From: Actinomycetota bacterium
GTDB taxonomy: Bacteria > Actinomycetota > Coriobacteriia > Anaerosomatales > PHET01
NCBI GenBank assembly: GCA_029265315.1
Contig: JAJUJM010000006.1
Coordinates: 43,531-107,530 of the forward strand
Reading direction: 5' to 3'
DNA length: 64,000 nucleotides
Shown: piece by piece, positions 9,614 to 19,323 of the stretch
Position numbering within the stretch: the stretch's first letter is position 1
Layout: every line of letters starts with the position of its first letter
Translations under genes and position numbers: made by a program
The notes under the pieces: generated by a model
What the model was told of the DNA's origin: nothing
What the model saw: the letters and a program-made list of their open reading frames with translations, nothing else
Database searches by the model: none

Positions 9614-10917
9614 GCCCGATTGAGAAGGCGGCTCTCGAGTACGCTTGGGCGTGCGTGGGCTACGGGGACGCTTGTGTCGTCGAAGATGTGCGTCTCGCGG
9701 TGCGGGCAGGCGAGATCGTCGGACTCGTGGGGCCTAACGGGGCAGGGAAGTCGACTCTGTTGCGCGCTGTGACGGGCGATGCACGCCTGTTGGCGGGCGA
9801 CATCCGCGTCCGGGGCGACTCCATCGGCGCGCTCACGCCGCGTGAGCGGGCGCTACGGGTCGGCGTCGTACCACAGCAGGTCAGTGCCGCGTTCTCGATC
9901 CCCGCTCGCGAGTTCGTGGAGATGGCGCGCCATCCGCACCTGCCGCGCTTCGGCACATATGGACCGAGGGACGACGAGGCCGTCGAACGCGCCCTCGTGA
10001 TGACCGACACCGCACATCTGGCCGACCGACCGGTCGACGCGCTCTCGGGAGGTGACCTGCAGCGGCTCGCGCTGGCTCAGGCGCTCGCGATCGGTCCCGA
10101 GGTCCTGCTTCTCGATGAGGCCACGGCGCATCTGGACCTGAACCATCGTCTGCAGGTGCTCGACCTTGTCCGGTCACTCGCGAAAGACGGGATGGCAGTG
10201 CTTGCGGTTTTCCATGACCTCGACATGGCCGCCCGATATGCGGACCGGCTCGCCGTGGTCCACGGCGGCGGTGCAGGCGATGCTGACGTCCCTGAACGCG
10301 TGCTGACCGCGGAGATGCTTCGTGAAGTCTTCGGTGTCAGGGCGGTCGTCGGGATCGATCCGATCACGGGTGCGGTGGCGGTCACGCCGGTACTCAGAGA
10401 TGGAGCCGTGCGAGCGACGGAACTCAACGCGCGCGTGCTCGTCGTGGGCGGGGCGGGCAGCGCTGCGCCGCTGCTGCGCCGTCTCGTGCTTGCGGGCCTG
10501 CGCGTGGATGCCGCGGCGCTGAACACAGGGGACGCGGACGCGCTGGTCGCTGAAGCACTGGGTGTCCCGTTCGCCCGGATCCCGCCGTTCGCGCCGATGG
10601 ATGCTGAAGCGGCGGTGCAGGTGGCCAAGACCGCCGAGGCAGCTGACGTGATCGTGGTCACGCCGGTGCCGTTCGGGCACGGCAACGTCGACAACCTGCT
10701 GATTGCGGTCAGGGCGGGAAAACCGCTCGTGCTGATGGGTTCGGTCGAAGGCCGGGACTTCACCGGGGGAGCCGCCGAATCATACTGGATCGAGGCCCTC
10801 GAACGCGGCGCGATGTTGGTGAACGAGGTGGAGGCTGCCGAAGAGGCTGTGCTTGCGGTGGTCAGGCGTCGCGGTGTCGAAGAAGGCGACCACGAAGGCC
10901 CAGACGGCAGCCCCTGA
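9610..10917 (+). CDS. btuD: Cobalamin ABC transporter ATPase with C-terminal extension
   Basis: GPNGAGKS, LSGG, LLDEATAHLD, HDL; extra ~170-aa Rossmann-like C-terminus. Confidence 0.88.
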   Translation: MSPIEKAALEYAWACVGYGDACVVEDVRLAVRAGEIVGLVGPNGAGKSTLLRAVTGDARLLAGDIRVRGDSIGALTPRERALRVGVVPQQVSAAFSIPAREFVEMARHPHLPRFGTYGPRDDEAVERALVMTDTAHLADRPVDALSGGDLQRLALAQALAIGPEVLLLDEATAHLDLNHRLQVLDLVRSLAKDGMAVLAVFHDLDMAARYADRLAVVHGGGAGDADVPERVLTAEMLREVFGVRAVVGIDPITGAVAVTPVLRDGAVRATELNARVLVVGGAGSAAPLLRRLVLAGLRVDAAALNTGDADALVAEALGVPFARIPPFAPMDAEAAVQVAKTAEAADVIVVTPVPFGHGNVDNLLIAVRAGKPLVLMGSVEGRDFTGGAAESYWIEALERGAMLVNEVEAAEEAVLAVVRRRGVEEGDHEGPDGSP

Positions 10918-10945
10918 GACCGTGGCTCAGGACGGTCGCGGTTCG

Positions 10946-11743
10946 CTAGCCGCGGTTCATCGGCACGCATGGGCGGACGAACGTCTGTGCCGCCACCTCC
11001 GCCACCGCAGGATGTCCGAGCCGCCTGAGGGTCCCCGAAAGGGCGGCCTTGGCAAGCTCGACGGTGTTGTTCGTTCGCGAGCGATGCATGGCGATGACAT
11101 GACGGAGTCGTGTGTGCGCAAGGGTCTCGAGCGCAGCCGAGGCGTCGTCGTTCGACAGGTGTCCATGCGCTGAGAGGATCCTTCGCTTCAGGTGGTAGGG
11201 GTACGGGCCTCGCTCGAGCATGGTCACGTCGTGATTGAACTCGAGGCCAAGGACCGTGCAGCCGGTCAGGGCATCGGCAGCCTCGGCGGTCAGGACTCCG
11301 CAGTCGGTCGCGAGCCCGAACGCCTCGTCACCCACCTCGATGCGGTAGCCCACCGGGTCGGCGGCATCGTGTGAGATCCGAAAGGCAGTGACTCGAGCGC
11401 CGCCGACGTCGAAGGGGCGCCCTGCGCGCACCTTGCTGGTATCGGCGCGCTGATCGAGCCCGGCCGCGGCGAGCGTCGCGGCTGTCGCATGCACGGCACA
11501 GCCCGGCGCGTGGCGACGTAGGAACACGTCGATTCCCCGTACGTGGTCGCTGTGTTCATGCGTCAGGAGGATCGCGCGAACACGAGCGGGGTCGAGTCCG
11601 GCCGCGTGCATCCGGGAAGCCGTCTCGCGTGCCGAGAATCCGCAGTCAACCAGCATGAGCGTGCCGTCTGCGTCGATGGCGGTACAGTTGCCCGCGGAAC
11701 CTGAGCCCAGGCAGACGACCGTGAGGCGGGGAGGATACGGCAT
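10946..11743 (-). CDS. MBL-fold metallohydrolase, YycJ/WalJ-like
   Basis: LGSGSAGN, THEHSDH, SHDA, EFNHD and GHLSN motifs. Confidence 0.88.
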   Translation of the reverse strand: MPYPPRLTVVCLGSGSAGNCTAIDADGTLMLVDCGFSARETASRMHAAGLDPARVRAILLTHEHSDHVRGIDVFLRRHAPGCAVHATAATLAAAGLDQRADTSKVRAGRPFDVGGARVTAFRISHDAADPVGYRIEVGDEAFGLATDCGVLTAEAADALTGCTVLGLEFNHDVTMLERGPYPYHLKRRILSAHGHLSNDDASAALETLAHTRLRHVIAMHRSRTNNTVELAKAALSGTLRRLGHPAVAEVAAQTFVRPCVPMNRG

Positions 11744-11923
11744 GGTCGACAGTGTACACGCCGTTCCTGACACGCAAGAAGGGGTGGCTCCCGAGCACGA
11801 GGGCCACCCCTTCCTCACTTCCCCTCCCCACTCGCTACGCCGTGTCCGAGACGGTCGATACGGCGCGCGCGGGCGGGTTCACCGCGGCTCAGTATACCCG
11901 AAACGCTCCGTTGCGAGTGCGAT

Positions 11924-13630
11924 TCATCTCGCGACCGCCAGTCGTTCCTTCTCGAGAGCCGTGAGCGCGTACTTCTTCGCCTGGGCCATCGCCGACATCG
12001 CCTCGGCGTGGTTGTGGAAGCCCATCGAGTTCTCAGACACCGCGAGGTTCTCCCAGATCACATGGGCGCGACGGTGAGCTTCAAGCGCCTCGGCGAGTAG
12101 TGAGGTCTTGACCCGAGGATCGCTTTTCGCCAACCCGTATGCCTTGACCGATCGCGCCAGGAGCTTCTCGACTTCGGCCTGTGCGGCGTAGAACTCACGC
12201 TGCCGCTGCATGGCCAAGGCACTTCGGTCTCCGTGGCATCGCGTGCAGGGGTTCGTGCCCGCGTCCGCGATGACTCCCGTCTTGTCGGCGAAGCGCGCCC
12301 GCAACTCGGGGGACACGTACTTGTATGGACTCGTGAACCAGTGGCTTCGAATCGTGCGGTTGTCCTTCGTGCGGACCTCGGGCATGTGGCAGTCAGCGCA
12401 TGAGGCGCCGGCGTCGTAATGGGTGCTGTTCCAGTACAGCTCCATCTCAGGGTGCTGGCTCTTGATGAGCGGCTCTCCCATGATCACGTTCTTCCAGTCC
12501 TGTGCGTAGTCGAAGCGTTGGCCGTACAGGTCGTGGAGGTCCGTCGCCTTGGCCCAGCCGAACCGGTCCCGGTCGATGCCGTCGACGCCGCTCTTGCCGC
12601 AGACATACTCCACGTGGCACTGCGCGCACATGAGATTCAGGCGGTCCTTCTTCTGGGCCGTGCGCCAGTCTTTGGGCGAGTCCTTCTGGTACGGATTCAC
12701 CCCGCCTTGGCCCGCCGGGCCACCATCGTTCTCGATCGCATACAGCATCGCTTTGCGAACGAGCCTGCCTTCGCCCGTATGCGGGTCGTGGCAGTGGTTG
12801 CACCCGGCGCCATACGGAAACGTCTCCTTGATCGCGGCGATGGTCGACGCCCACACCATGTTGTAGTTCTGTGTCGCGTCCTCACTCTTCTTGGGCTGTG
12901 AGGTCCACGTCGTCCCGTCGGGGAACACAGCCTTCGCGTCCACGCGCGATTCCTTGGGTTGCGTCGCGTAGGTGATGGTGGTGCCCTTGGGGATGGTGAC
13001 CTTCTTCGGTGGCACTCCCTCGGTCGCTGTGTGCGTCAGCGTGACCACCGTGTCCTTGGGCACGGTGAGTGGCTTGCCGCTATCCCATGCGATGGCGACT
13101 TTGGTCGACTTGCACTGCACGCACGTCTCGAACTTGCCGCGCAGCGTCTCGTAGTGGTCCTCGAGCATGTAGACGTGCGCGCCCTCTTCGTTGTAGTCGC
13201 GGGTGAAGGCGTGACCGGCGACTATCGTCTTGTATTCAGGGAACGTCTTCACCTTGGGCTGTGGCGGCTTGCGCTGGGAGCCTCCGAATGGTCCGGGCTG
13301 TGCGTTGTCGTCATAGCGGTACGTGACGGCCTCGTCCTCGTGACAAGCAGCGCAGCTGTCGATCGTCCAGTCGATTGCGGCACTCGCCTTCTTCGGGTCG
13401 GCGGCGTGCTCTTCGCCTGTTCCCTCGTGGCAGGTGACGCACGGGACTTCGGTGTGCGCTCCCGCGGCCTGTGCTTCGACCACGGCGCCATGGCAGTCGC
13501 TCCCGCCGCACGCCTTCGTGTTCTCGTTCGTCTGTCGCGATACGAAGACCTGTGGCGCAGCGCATCCTCCGAGCAACGCCAAAGACACGATGCTGGCGCA
13601 GACGACGAGCGTCACTCTGAATCCCCTCAT
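11924..13630 (-). CDS. nrfA: Octaheme NrfA-type (ammonia-forming) cytochrome c nitrite reductase, lipoprotein
   Basis: Lipobox LGGC; hemes CGGSDCH, CVTCH, CAACH, then CVQCK (Lys-ligated active site), CNHCH, CAQCH, CADCH, CTRCH; KSQHPE, CHVEY and ENSMGFH NrfA motifs. Confidence 0.88.
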   Translation of the reverse strand: MRGFRVTLVVCASIVSLALLGGCAAPQVFVSRQTNENTKACGGSDCHGAVVEAQAAGAHTEVPCVTCHEGTGEEHAADPKKASAAIDWTIDSCAACHEDEAVTYRYDDNAQPGPFGGSQRKPPQPKVKTFPEYKTIVAGHAFTRDYNEEGAHVYMLEDHYETLRGKFETCVQCKSTKVAIAWDSGKPLTVPKDTVVTLTHTATEGVPPKKVTIPKGTTITYATQPKESRVDAKAVFPDGTTWTSQPKKSEDATQNYNMVWASTIAAIKETFPYGAGCNHCHDPHTGEGRLVRKAMLYAIENDGGPAGQGGVNPYQKDSPKDWRTAQKKDRLNLMCAQCHVEYVCGKSGVDGIDRDRFGWAKATDLHDLYGQRFDYAQDWKNVIMGEPLIKSQHPEMELYWNSTHYDAGASCADCHMPEVRTKDNRTIRSHWFTSPYKYVSPELRARFADKTGVIADAGTNPCTRCHGDRSALAMQRQREFYAAQAEVEKLLARSVKAYGLAKSDPRVKTSLLAEALEAHRRAHVIWENLAVSENSMGFHNHAEAMSAMAQAKKYALTALEKERLAVAR

Positions 13631-13870
13631 CAGACTCCCTCCTCATCAGACGGCCCTGTGATGGCCGGTCGCATCCGTGACCGGTGTGGTCACGGCTCCA
13701 CGGGCCACCCGGCACAAGCGTCGTTGTACGGGCGAGGGCGGTACATGACTTCGGTCAAGCCTCCCTCGGATTGGATTCCCCATCTCGGCGTGCTGGTGTT
13801 TCGTTTTGGGGGAATAGACCCCTCGACACGGCGGCCGGGCACACGTCCGCTGGCGCCCCACGAAGGAGAC

Positions 13871-14119
13871 ATGATGAAGATACATCTCTACGCACTGTCG
13901 ACCTGTCCGTACTGCCGCATGACCAAGCGGTACCTGGACGAGCACGGGATCACCTACGAGATCACTGAGGTGGACCTGCTCGACGGAGACGAGAAGCAGG
14001 CGGCCGTCGATGAGGTCAAGCGGCTCTCGGGTGGCACGTCGTTCCCGGTGCTCGTAGCGGACAACGAGGTCATCGTCGGTTTCAACAAGTCGAAGATGGC
14101 GGCCGTGCTTGGTCTGTGA
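13871..14119 (+). CDS. Glutaredoxin/NrdH-like redoxin
   Basis: AAGGAG RBS; CPYC active site; SFP cis-Pro; IVGF. Confidence 0.9.
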   Translation: MMKIHLYALSTCPYCRMTKRYLDEHGITYEITEVDLLDGDEKQAAVDEVKRLSGGTSFPVLVADNEVIVGFNKSKMAAVLGL

Positions 14120-14157
14120 GGCCCCGGCTCGCTTGATACGGAGGGGGTTGTTGCTGC

Positions 14158-14820
14158 GTGCGCCGAGTCTTTCACGAAGGCACGACCATCGAAGACCTCA
14201 AAGCGTACATGGGGCCCTTCGCCGAGCGCTTGGGATACAAGTTCAACACGGAGACCGAGTTCGTCGATGAGGTGCTCGAAAGCGAGCTTCAGGTGCTCGA
14301 CCGCGACGGGGACGTCTACTGTCCGTGCCGGGTCCGTACCGGCGACCCGAAAGAGGACCTCAAGATCGTGTGCCCGTGCATCCCGTTCTTCCGGGACGAG
14401 TTCGCCGCCATGCGCAAGTGCTGGTGCGGGCTGTTCATCCGCCAGGATGTCGAGGACGGCGCCGAACTCATCGGCGTGATCGAGCAGCCAGAACCGGGCA
14501 CGGCGGTCGCGGTGCCGGTGTGCCTGCTCGCCGACCTGCCCTCCGGCACCGCCCGGCACGTCAAGGTGGGGAAGAACGACATCGCCGTGGTGCGGGTCGG
14601 TGATGAGGTCTATGCACTGTCGAACGTATGCCGCCACGCGTTCGCGCCGTTGGCGGAGGGTTTCGTTGACGGTCATATCATCGCGTGCCCTTGGCACGGG
14701 TGGAGATACGACGTGCGCGACGGCACCACCGATCACCCCAACGCGGACGTACGGACCTTCCCCGCCACCGTGCGCGACGGGGAGGTCCTGGTGACGGTGC
14801 CCTTGGGTAGAGCCCGTTAG
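14158..14820 (+). CDS. Ferredoxin:thioredoxin reductase catalytic-subunit-like domain fused to a Rieske [2Fe-2S] domain
   Basis: YCPCR, VCPC and CWCGLF (FTR-beta pattern), then NVCRH and ACPWHGWRY (Rieske). Confidence 0.85.
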   Translation: MRRVFHEGTTIEDLKAYMGPFAERLGYKFNTETEFVDEVLESELQVLDRDGDVYCPCRVRTGDPKEDLKIVCPCIPFFRDEFAAMRKCWCGLFIRQDVEDGAELIGVIEQPEPGTAVAVPVCLLADLPSGTARHVKVGKNDIAVVRVGDEVYALSNVCRHAFAPLAEGFVDGHIIACPWHGWRYDVRDGTTDHPNADVRTFPATVRDGEVLVTVPLGRAR

Positions 14821-15755
14821 AGACTCTCGGCGGCCTTTGCTGTCCCGCTCTTGAACGCCTCGGCGATGCCGCCGACCGCTCCGAGGACGCCACTCACCTC
14901 GTAGGGCAGGAAGATCTTCGTGGCCTGCCCGTTCGCTATCTTGGGCAGGGCGTCGAGGTAACGCACGGCGAGCAGGTCGCCTGTGGGGTTGCCCGCGTGG
15001 ATCGCCGAGAACACCGTCTCGATGGCGCGAGCCTCACCTTCAGCCAGTGCGATGCGCTGGAACTTCTCGGCCTCTGCGACCGCCTTTATCGCCGTGGCCT
15101 TGCCTTCGGCCTCCAGTATCGCCGACTGCTTCTGGCCTTCTGCCCGGTTGATGGCGGCCTGCTTGTCGCCCTCCGCCTCGAGGATCTGGGCGCGCCGGGT
15201 GCGCTCGGCCTTCATCTGACGATGCATCGCCTCGGTGACGTCCATAGGCGGCTCGATGCGCTGCAGCTCGACCCGCACGACCCGTACGCCCCACTTGTCG
15301 GTGGCGTCGTCGAGTATCTGGCGCAGTGCGGCGTTGATCTTCTCGCGGCTCGTGAGCGACTCGTCGAGCTGCATCTCGCCGATCACGTTACGCAGGTTCG
15401 TCTGGGCGAGCTTGGTGGCGGCCAAGTAGAAGTTGGCGACGTTGTAGATCAGCTTCACGGGATCGGTGGCCTCGTAGTAGACGACGGCGTCGACGGTGAC
15501 CACGACGTTGTCTTTCGTGATGACCTCCTGCGGGGGCACGTCAACGACGTTCTCCCGCATATCGACCTTACTGATGCGGTCGAGGAACGGGATGATGATG
15601 TGCAACCCCGGCTCGAAGGTCTTCTGGTACTTGCCGAGCCGTTCGACGACGCCCTTCTGGTAGGGCCGGATGATGCGGATGGCGCTCGCCAGGTAGACGA
15701 ACGCGAAGATCGCGCCTATGAACCCCAGGGTGATGATGCCGATGATCGCTTCCAC
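14817..15755 (-). CDS. SPFH/band 7 (QmcA-like) membrane protein
   Basis: [31 protein letters not shown] coiled repeats. Confidence 0.92.
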   Translation of the reverse strand: MEAIIGIITLGFIGAIFAFVYLASAIRIIRPYQKGVVERLGKYQKTFEPGLHIIIPFLDRISKVDMRENVVDVPPQEVITKDNVVVTVDAVVYYEATDPVKLIYNVANFYLAATKLAQTNLRNVIGEMQLDESLTSREKINAALRQILDDATDKWGVRVVRVELQRIEPPMDVTEAMHRQMKAERTRRAQILEAEGDKQAAINRAEGQKQSAILEAEGKATAIKAVAEAEKFQRIALAEGEARAIETVFSAIHAGNPTGDLLAVRYLDALPKIANGQATKIFLPYEVSGVLGAVGGIAEAFKSGTAKAAESL

Positions 15756-15773
15756 GGTGTCCTCCCGTTCCCG

Positions 15774-16232
15774 TCAGCTGCCGGCCGTCGTGTCGCGTAC
15801 TGGTTCGACGATGAGGTGGGCGCCCTCGACCGCCAGCACGGTGATGCGTGTTCCCGCAGGCAGTGCCTCGTCGCCGGCGTACTCCGCTCGCCATTCCTCG
15901 CCGTCCACGCGCACCATCCCTCCCAGTTCTCGCGGCTCCACCGTTCGAAGCACCACGCCTGTGCGTCCGAGAAGCCGGTCCCCGGCGACCCTCTGTGGCG
16001 GCTCGTGCGTGACGCGGTCGGCGAACCTGCGCACGACGATCAGCAGCAGTGACGACAGGCCGACGAACGAGGCCCACTGCCACGTCAGTGAATCCCCCGG
16101 CCACAGGAACTCGAGCAGCGCGGCGCCTGCCGCGCCTATCGCGAACGGCAGCATGAAGAAGCCGGCGGTGAAGATCTCGGCGATGGCCAGTATGACCGCG
16201 AGCAGCACCCACACCCAGAACCAGATGTTCAT
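15774..16232 (-). CDS. NfeD-family membrane protein
   Basis: N-terminal TM helices with AEI; GMVRVDGEEWRA OB-fold; canonical partner of SPFH. Confidence 0.88.
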   Translation of the reverse strand: MNIWFWVWVLLAVILAIAEIFTAGFFMLPFAIGAAGAALLEFLWPGDSLTWQWASFVGLSSLLLIVVRRFADRVTHEPPQRVAGDRLLGRTGVVLRTVEPRELGGMVRVDGEEWRAEYAGDEALPAGTRITVLAVEGAHLIVEPVRDTTAGS

Positions 16233-16408
16233 CACGTCTCCTTCGGGTGACGAGCGTCCGAAGGTAGCTATTCCACATCGGGGACCATGACAGTGCGTTC
16301 GGATTAATCGCATAATGCGCACTACTTTGATGAGTTATATGACTCCGCGGTGGCGGTACATTGCCTTCAGGTCGTCAGACATCAACGTGCCCGACGAGAG
16401 GATCAGAG

Positions 16409-17374
16409 ATGAGTGGCTTCCCACACCGCTTCTCAGATGTCACCGCCACGATCGGCCACACGCCTGTCGTTCCGCTGCGTCGGATGGGCGACGGGTTGCC
16501 GGGGAGGGTCCTCGTCAAACTCGAGTCCCGCAACCCCGGCGGATCGGTCAAGGACCGCATCGGCCGCGCGATGATCGACGACGCTGAGGCTCGCGGCGTG
16601 ATCCGCCCCGGCGAGTCGGTGCTCGTCGAGCCGACGAGCGGCAACACGGGGATAGCGTTGGCGATGATCGGGGCCGCCCGGGGCTACCGGGTGATACTCA
16701 CCATGCCCGAGTCCATGTCGCTCGAGCGTCGCAAGCTCCTTGCCGCGTTCGGCGCCGAGCTCGTCCTGACTCCCAGGGAGCGCGGGATGCAGGGCGCCGT
16801 CGACGAGGCTGCGGCCATCGTCGAGCGCACACCGGGGGCGTTTCTGCCCGGCCAGTTCGACAATCCCGCGAATCCGGCGGCCCATTACGCGACGACCGGA
16901 CCTGAGGTCCACGCTGCTCTTGGCGACGACCCCCTTGGCGCGTTCGTGGCTGGCGTCGGGACCGGCGGGACGATCACAGGGGTCGGGCGCCACCTCAAAG
17001 AGCACCGGCCTGATGCGCTCATCATCGCGGTCGAGCCGGCTGAGTCCCCGATCATCTCGCAGACGCGCGCAGGTGAGTCGCTCACTCCCGGGCCCCATCT
17101 GATCCAAGGGATAGGTGCGAACTTCGTGCCCAAGGTCCTCGAAGTCGACCTGCTCGACGAGGTGATCACCGTGAGCGGTGAGGAGGCCATCGCGACCGCA
17201 CGGCGCGCGGCGGCAGAGGAGGGCCTGCTCGTGGGCATCTCGAGCGGCGCCAACCTCGCGGCCGCATTGCGTGTCGCCGCGCGCGAGGAGATGGCTGGCC
17301 GGTTCGTCGTGACGGTGGCGCCTTCGACCGGCGAGCGCTACCTGAGCACCGCGTTGTGGGAGCAGGTGGGGTAG
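16409..17374 (+). CDS. cysK: Cysteine synthase A
   Basis: NPGGSVKDR (PLP Lys), EPTSGNTG, GVGTGGT, IQGIG, GISSGA. Confidence 0.95.
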   Translation: MSGFPHRFSDVTATIGHTPVVPLRRMGDGLPGRVLVKLESRNPGGSVKDRIGRAMIDDAEARGVIRPGESVLVEPTSGNTGIALAMIGAARGYRVILTMPESMSLERRKLLAAFGAELVLTPRERGMQGAVDEAAAIVERTPGAFLPGQFDNPANPAAHYATTGPEVHAALGDDPLGAFVAGVGTGGTITGVGRHLKEHRPDALIIAVEPAESPIISQTRAGESLTPGPHLIQGIGANFVPKVLEVDLLDEVITVSGEEAIATARRAAAEEGLLVGISSGANLAAALRVAAREEMAGRFVVTVAPSTGERYLSTALWEQVG

Positions 17375-17791
17375 GTGCGCGTCTCACAGCGTCTCGACTA
17401 CGCGCTCAGGGCCCTCATCGCGCTGGCCGGGGCGCCCGCGGAAACCCCGATCGCCGCGGGGGACCTGGCCGAACGCTTGAGGCTTCCCAAACGCTTCGTC
17501 GAGCAGCAGGTCACTTCGCTCGCGCACGCGGGAATCGTGACCTGCCGTCGTGGAGCGTCCGGGGGGTGCGCGCTTGCGCGCGACGCCGACGAGATCACCG
17601 TCGCTGACCTCGTGCGGGCGATTCAGGGCGAGATACTCGACGTGCCCCGGCAGCAGGGCTCGGCGTCCGCTGAGCTCTGGAGTCGGGCCGCGAGCGCTCT
17701 TGAGGAGTTCTTCGACTCGGTGACACTGCGGGAACTCGCCGCCCGACAGACAGAACTGGACGAGCTGGCCAACCCGGTTTACTACATCTGA
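17375..17791 (+). CDS. cymR: Rrf2-family regulator, CymR-like
   Basis: DYALRAL, RGASGG; lacks the 3-Cys cluster; ends in YYI; coupled to cysK. Confidence 0.7.
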   Translation: MRVSQRLDYALRALIALAGAPAETPIAAGDLAERLRLPKRFVEQQVTSLAHAGIVTCRRGASGGCALARDADEITVADLVRAIQGEILDVPRQQGSASAELWSRAASALEEFFDSVTLRELAARQTELDELANPVYYI

Positions 17792-17974
17792 AACGCTCAA
17801 TCGCCAAGACTTCACATTCTGCTGTCACCTCACGAAGCGGTGTGCTACGCTTCGGGAGTTACGGGCCGGTGGGATGACCGGCGCCGTGACCAGCGGCGCA
17901 GGAACTGGTCGTCTCAGACCTGCTGGGCCGCTGCCATCTCTGTCGGCAGGGTGTCAACGAGCAAGGGAGGGACT

Positions 17975-19192
17975 ATGAAGGTGCACAACAGGCGCCTCCT
18001 CGCTGTCTTCGCGGCTCTTGTGGCGGTCTCCATGATCGCCACGGGGTGCGGCGGAGGCGCGGAGCCGACCACTCCGGAGGAGCCGGCGGCTCAGGCCACG
18101 ACCATCAAGATCGGCATCGGCGCCCCGCTCACGCAGGGTGCGGTCGCTCTTGGTCAGGGCATGAAGCGGGGCGCGAGCCTCGCCATCAAGCAGGCCAACG
18201 AGAGCGCGGAGGCCAAGGAGCTCGGCATCACGTTCGAGGGCGTCGACGGTGACGACCAGGGCGACCCGAAGACCGGCGTCACCGTGGCCAACACCTTCGC
18301 TTCGGATCCGAACCTCATCGGCGTCATGGGTCACCTGAACTCGGGTGTCTCCATCCCCGCCTCGAAGGTCTACAACGACAACAAGATCGTCATGGTGTCG
18401 CCGGCCTCGACGAACCCTGCGCTCACGCTGCAGGGCTTCGCCGCCGTCAACCGCGTGTGCACGATCGACTCGGTCCAGGGCCCGGTCGGCGCCGAGAACG
18501 CGTACAACAAGCTCGGCTTCAAGACCGCAGTCGTGATCGACGACTCGACGCCGTACGGCGAGGGCCTCGCGGCCGAGTTCGCCAAGAAGTTCGAGGAGCT
18601 GGGCGGCAAGGTCCTCTTCACCGAGAAGACCGCCGACAAGGACACGGACTTCAACGCGCTCGTCACCAAGATCAAGGGCCAGAACCCTGATCTGATCTAC
18701 TACGGCGGCATCTACAACGCCGGTGCGCTCCTGGCCAAGCAGGCCTCGGACGCCGGCATCAAGGCCCCGCTCATGGGCGGCGACGGCCTCTACGACGCCG
18801 AGTACATCAAGCTCGCCGGCGCCGCTCAGGCCGAGGGCGACTTCTGCACGTCGGTCGGCCTTCCCGTCGACAAGCTGCCCAAGGGCCAGGAGTTCATGGC
18901 CGCCTACAAGGCCGAGTACCCGAACGACGACATCGCCGCGTACGACGCGTATGCCTACGACGCCGCCAACATCATCATCCAGGCGACCCTCAAGGTGGCC
19001 AAGGAGCTCGGCGTTGACAAGCTGACCTCGCCCGAGGGCCGCGACGCCATCATCGCCGCGGTGCGCGCGTACAACGGCGAGGGTGTCACGGGCCCCATCT
19101 CGTTTGACGAGAACGGCGACACCACCAACAAGGCCATCACCACCTACAAGGTCGTCAATGGTGCGTGGGCACCGGAGATCCTGCCTGAGTAA
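17975..19192 (+). CDS. livK: Branched-chain amino acid ABC transporter substrate-binding lipoprotein
   Basis: Lipobox ATGC; GHLNSG, SPASTNP, LMGGDG, GVTGPISFDENGD. Confidence 0.92.
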   Translation: MKVHNRRLLAVFAALVAVSMIATGCGGGAEPTTPEEPAAQATTIKIGIGAPLTQGAVALGQGMKRGASLAIKQANESAEAKELGITFEGVDGDDQGDPKTGVTVANTFASDPNLIGVMGHLNSGVSIPASKVYNDNKIVMVSPASTNPALTLQGFAAVNRVCTIDSVQGPVGAENAYNKLGFKTAVVIDDSTPYGEGLAAEFAKKFEELGGKVLFTEKTADKDTDFNALVTKIKGQNPDLIYYGGIYNAGALLAKQASDAGIKAPLMGGDGLYDAEYIKLAGAAQAEGDFCTSVGLPVDKLPKGQEFMAAYKAEYPNDDIAAYDAYAYDAANIIIQATLKVAKELGVDKLTSPEGRDAIIAAVRAYNGEGVTGPISFDENGDTTNKAITTYKVVNGAWAPEILPE

Positions 19193-19226
19193 GGCTTCAG
19201 GTACAGGACCGCTCTGACGCGACAGT

Positions 19227-19258
19227 CCGGGCGGGCATCGGAGACGGTGCCCGCCCGG
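19227..19258 (+). terminator. Intra-operon stem-loop after livK
   Basis: 14-bp stem CCGGGCGGGCATCG/CGGTGCCCGCCCGG (one G-U) with GAGA tetraloop; typical mRNA stabiliser/partial terminator after an SBP gene. Confidence 0.6.
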
Positions 19259-19323
19259 CTCCTGCGTCAGGGCGCTTTGCGGGGCGAGCCGCTCCGCAGA
19301 AGAAGAGAGACAGGACCCCCATC

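Noticed and set aside
10380..10917. C-terminal extension of BtuD as a novel fusion
   Set aside because: Similar extended cobalamin ATPases occur in other Gram-positives and archaea.
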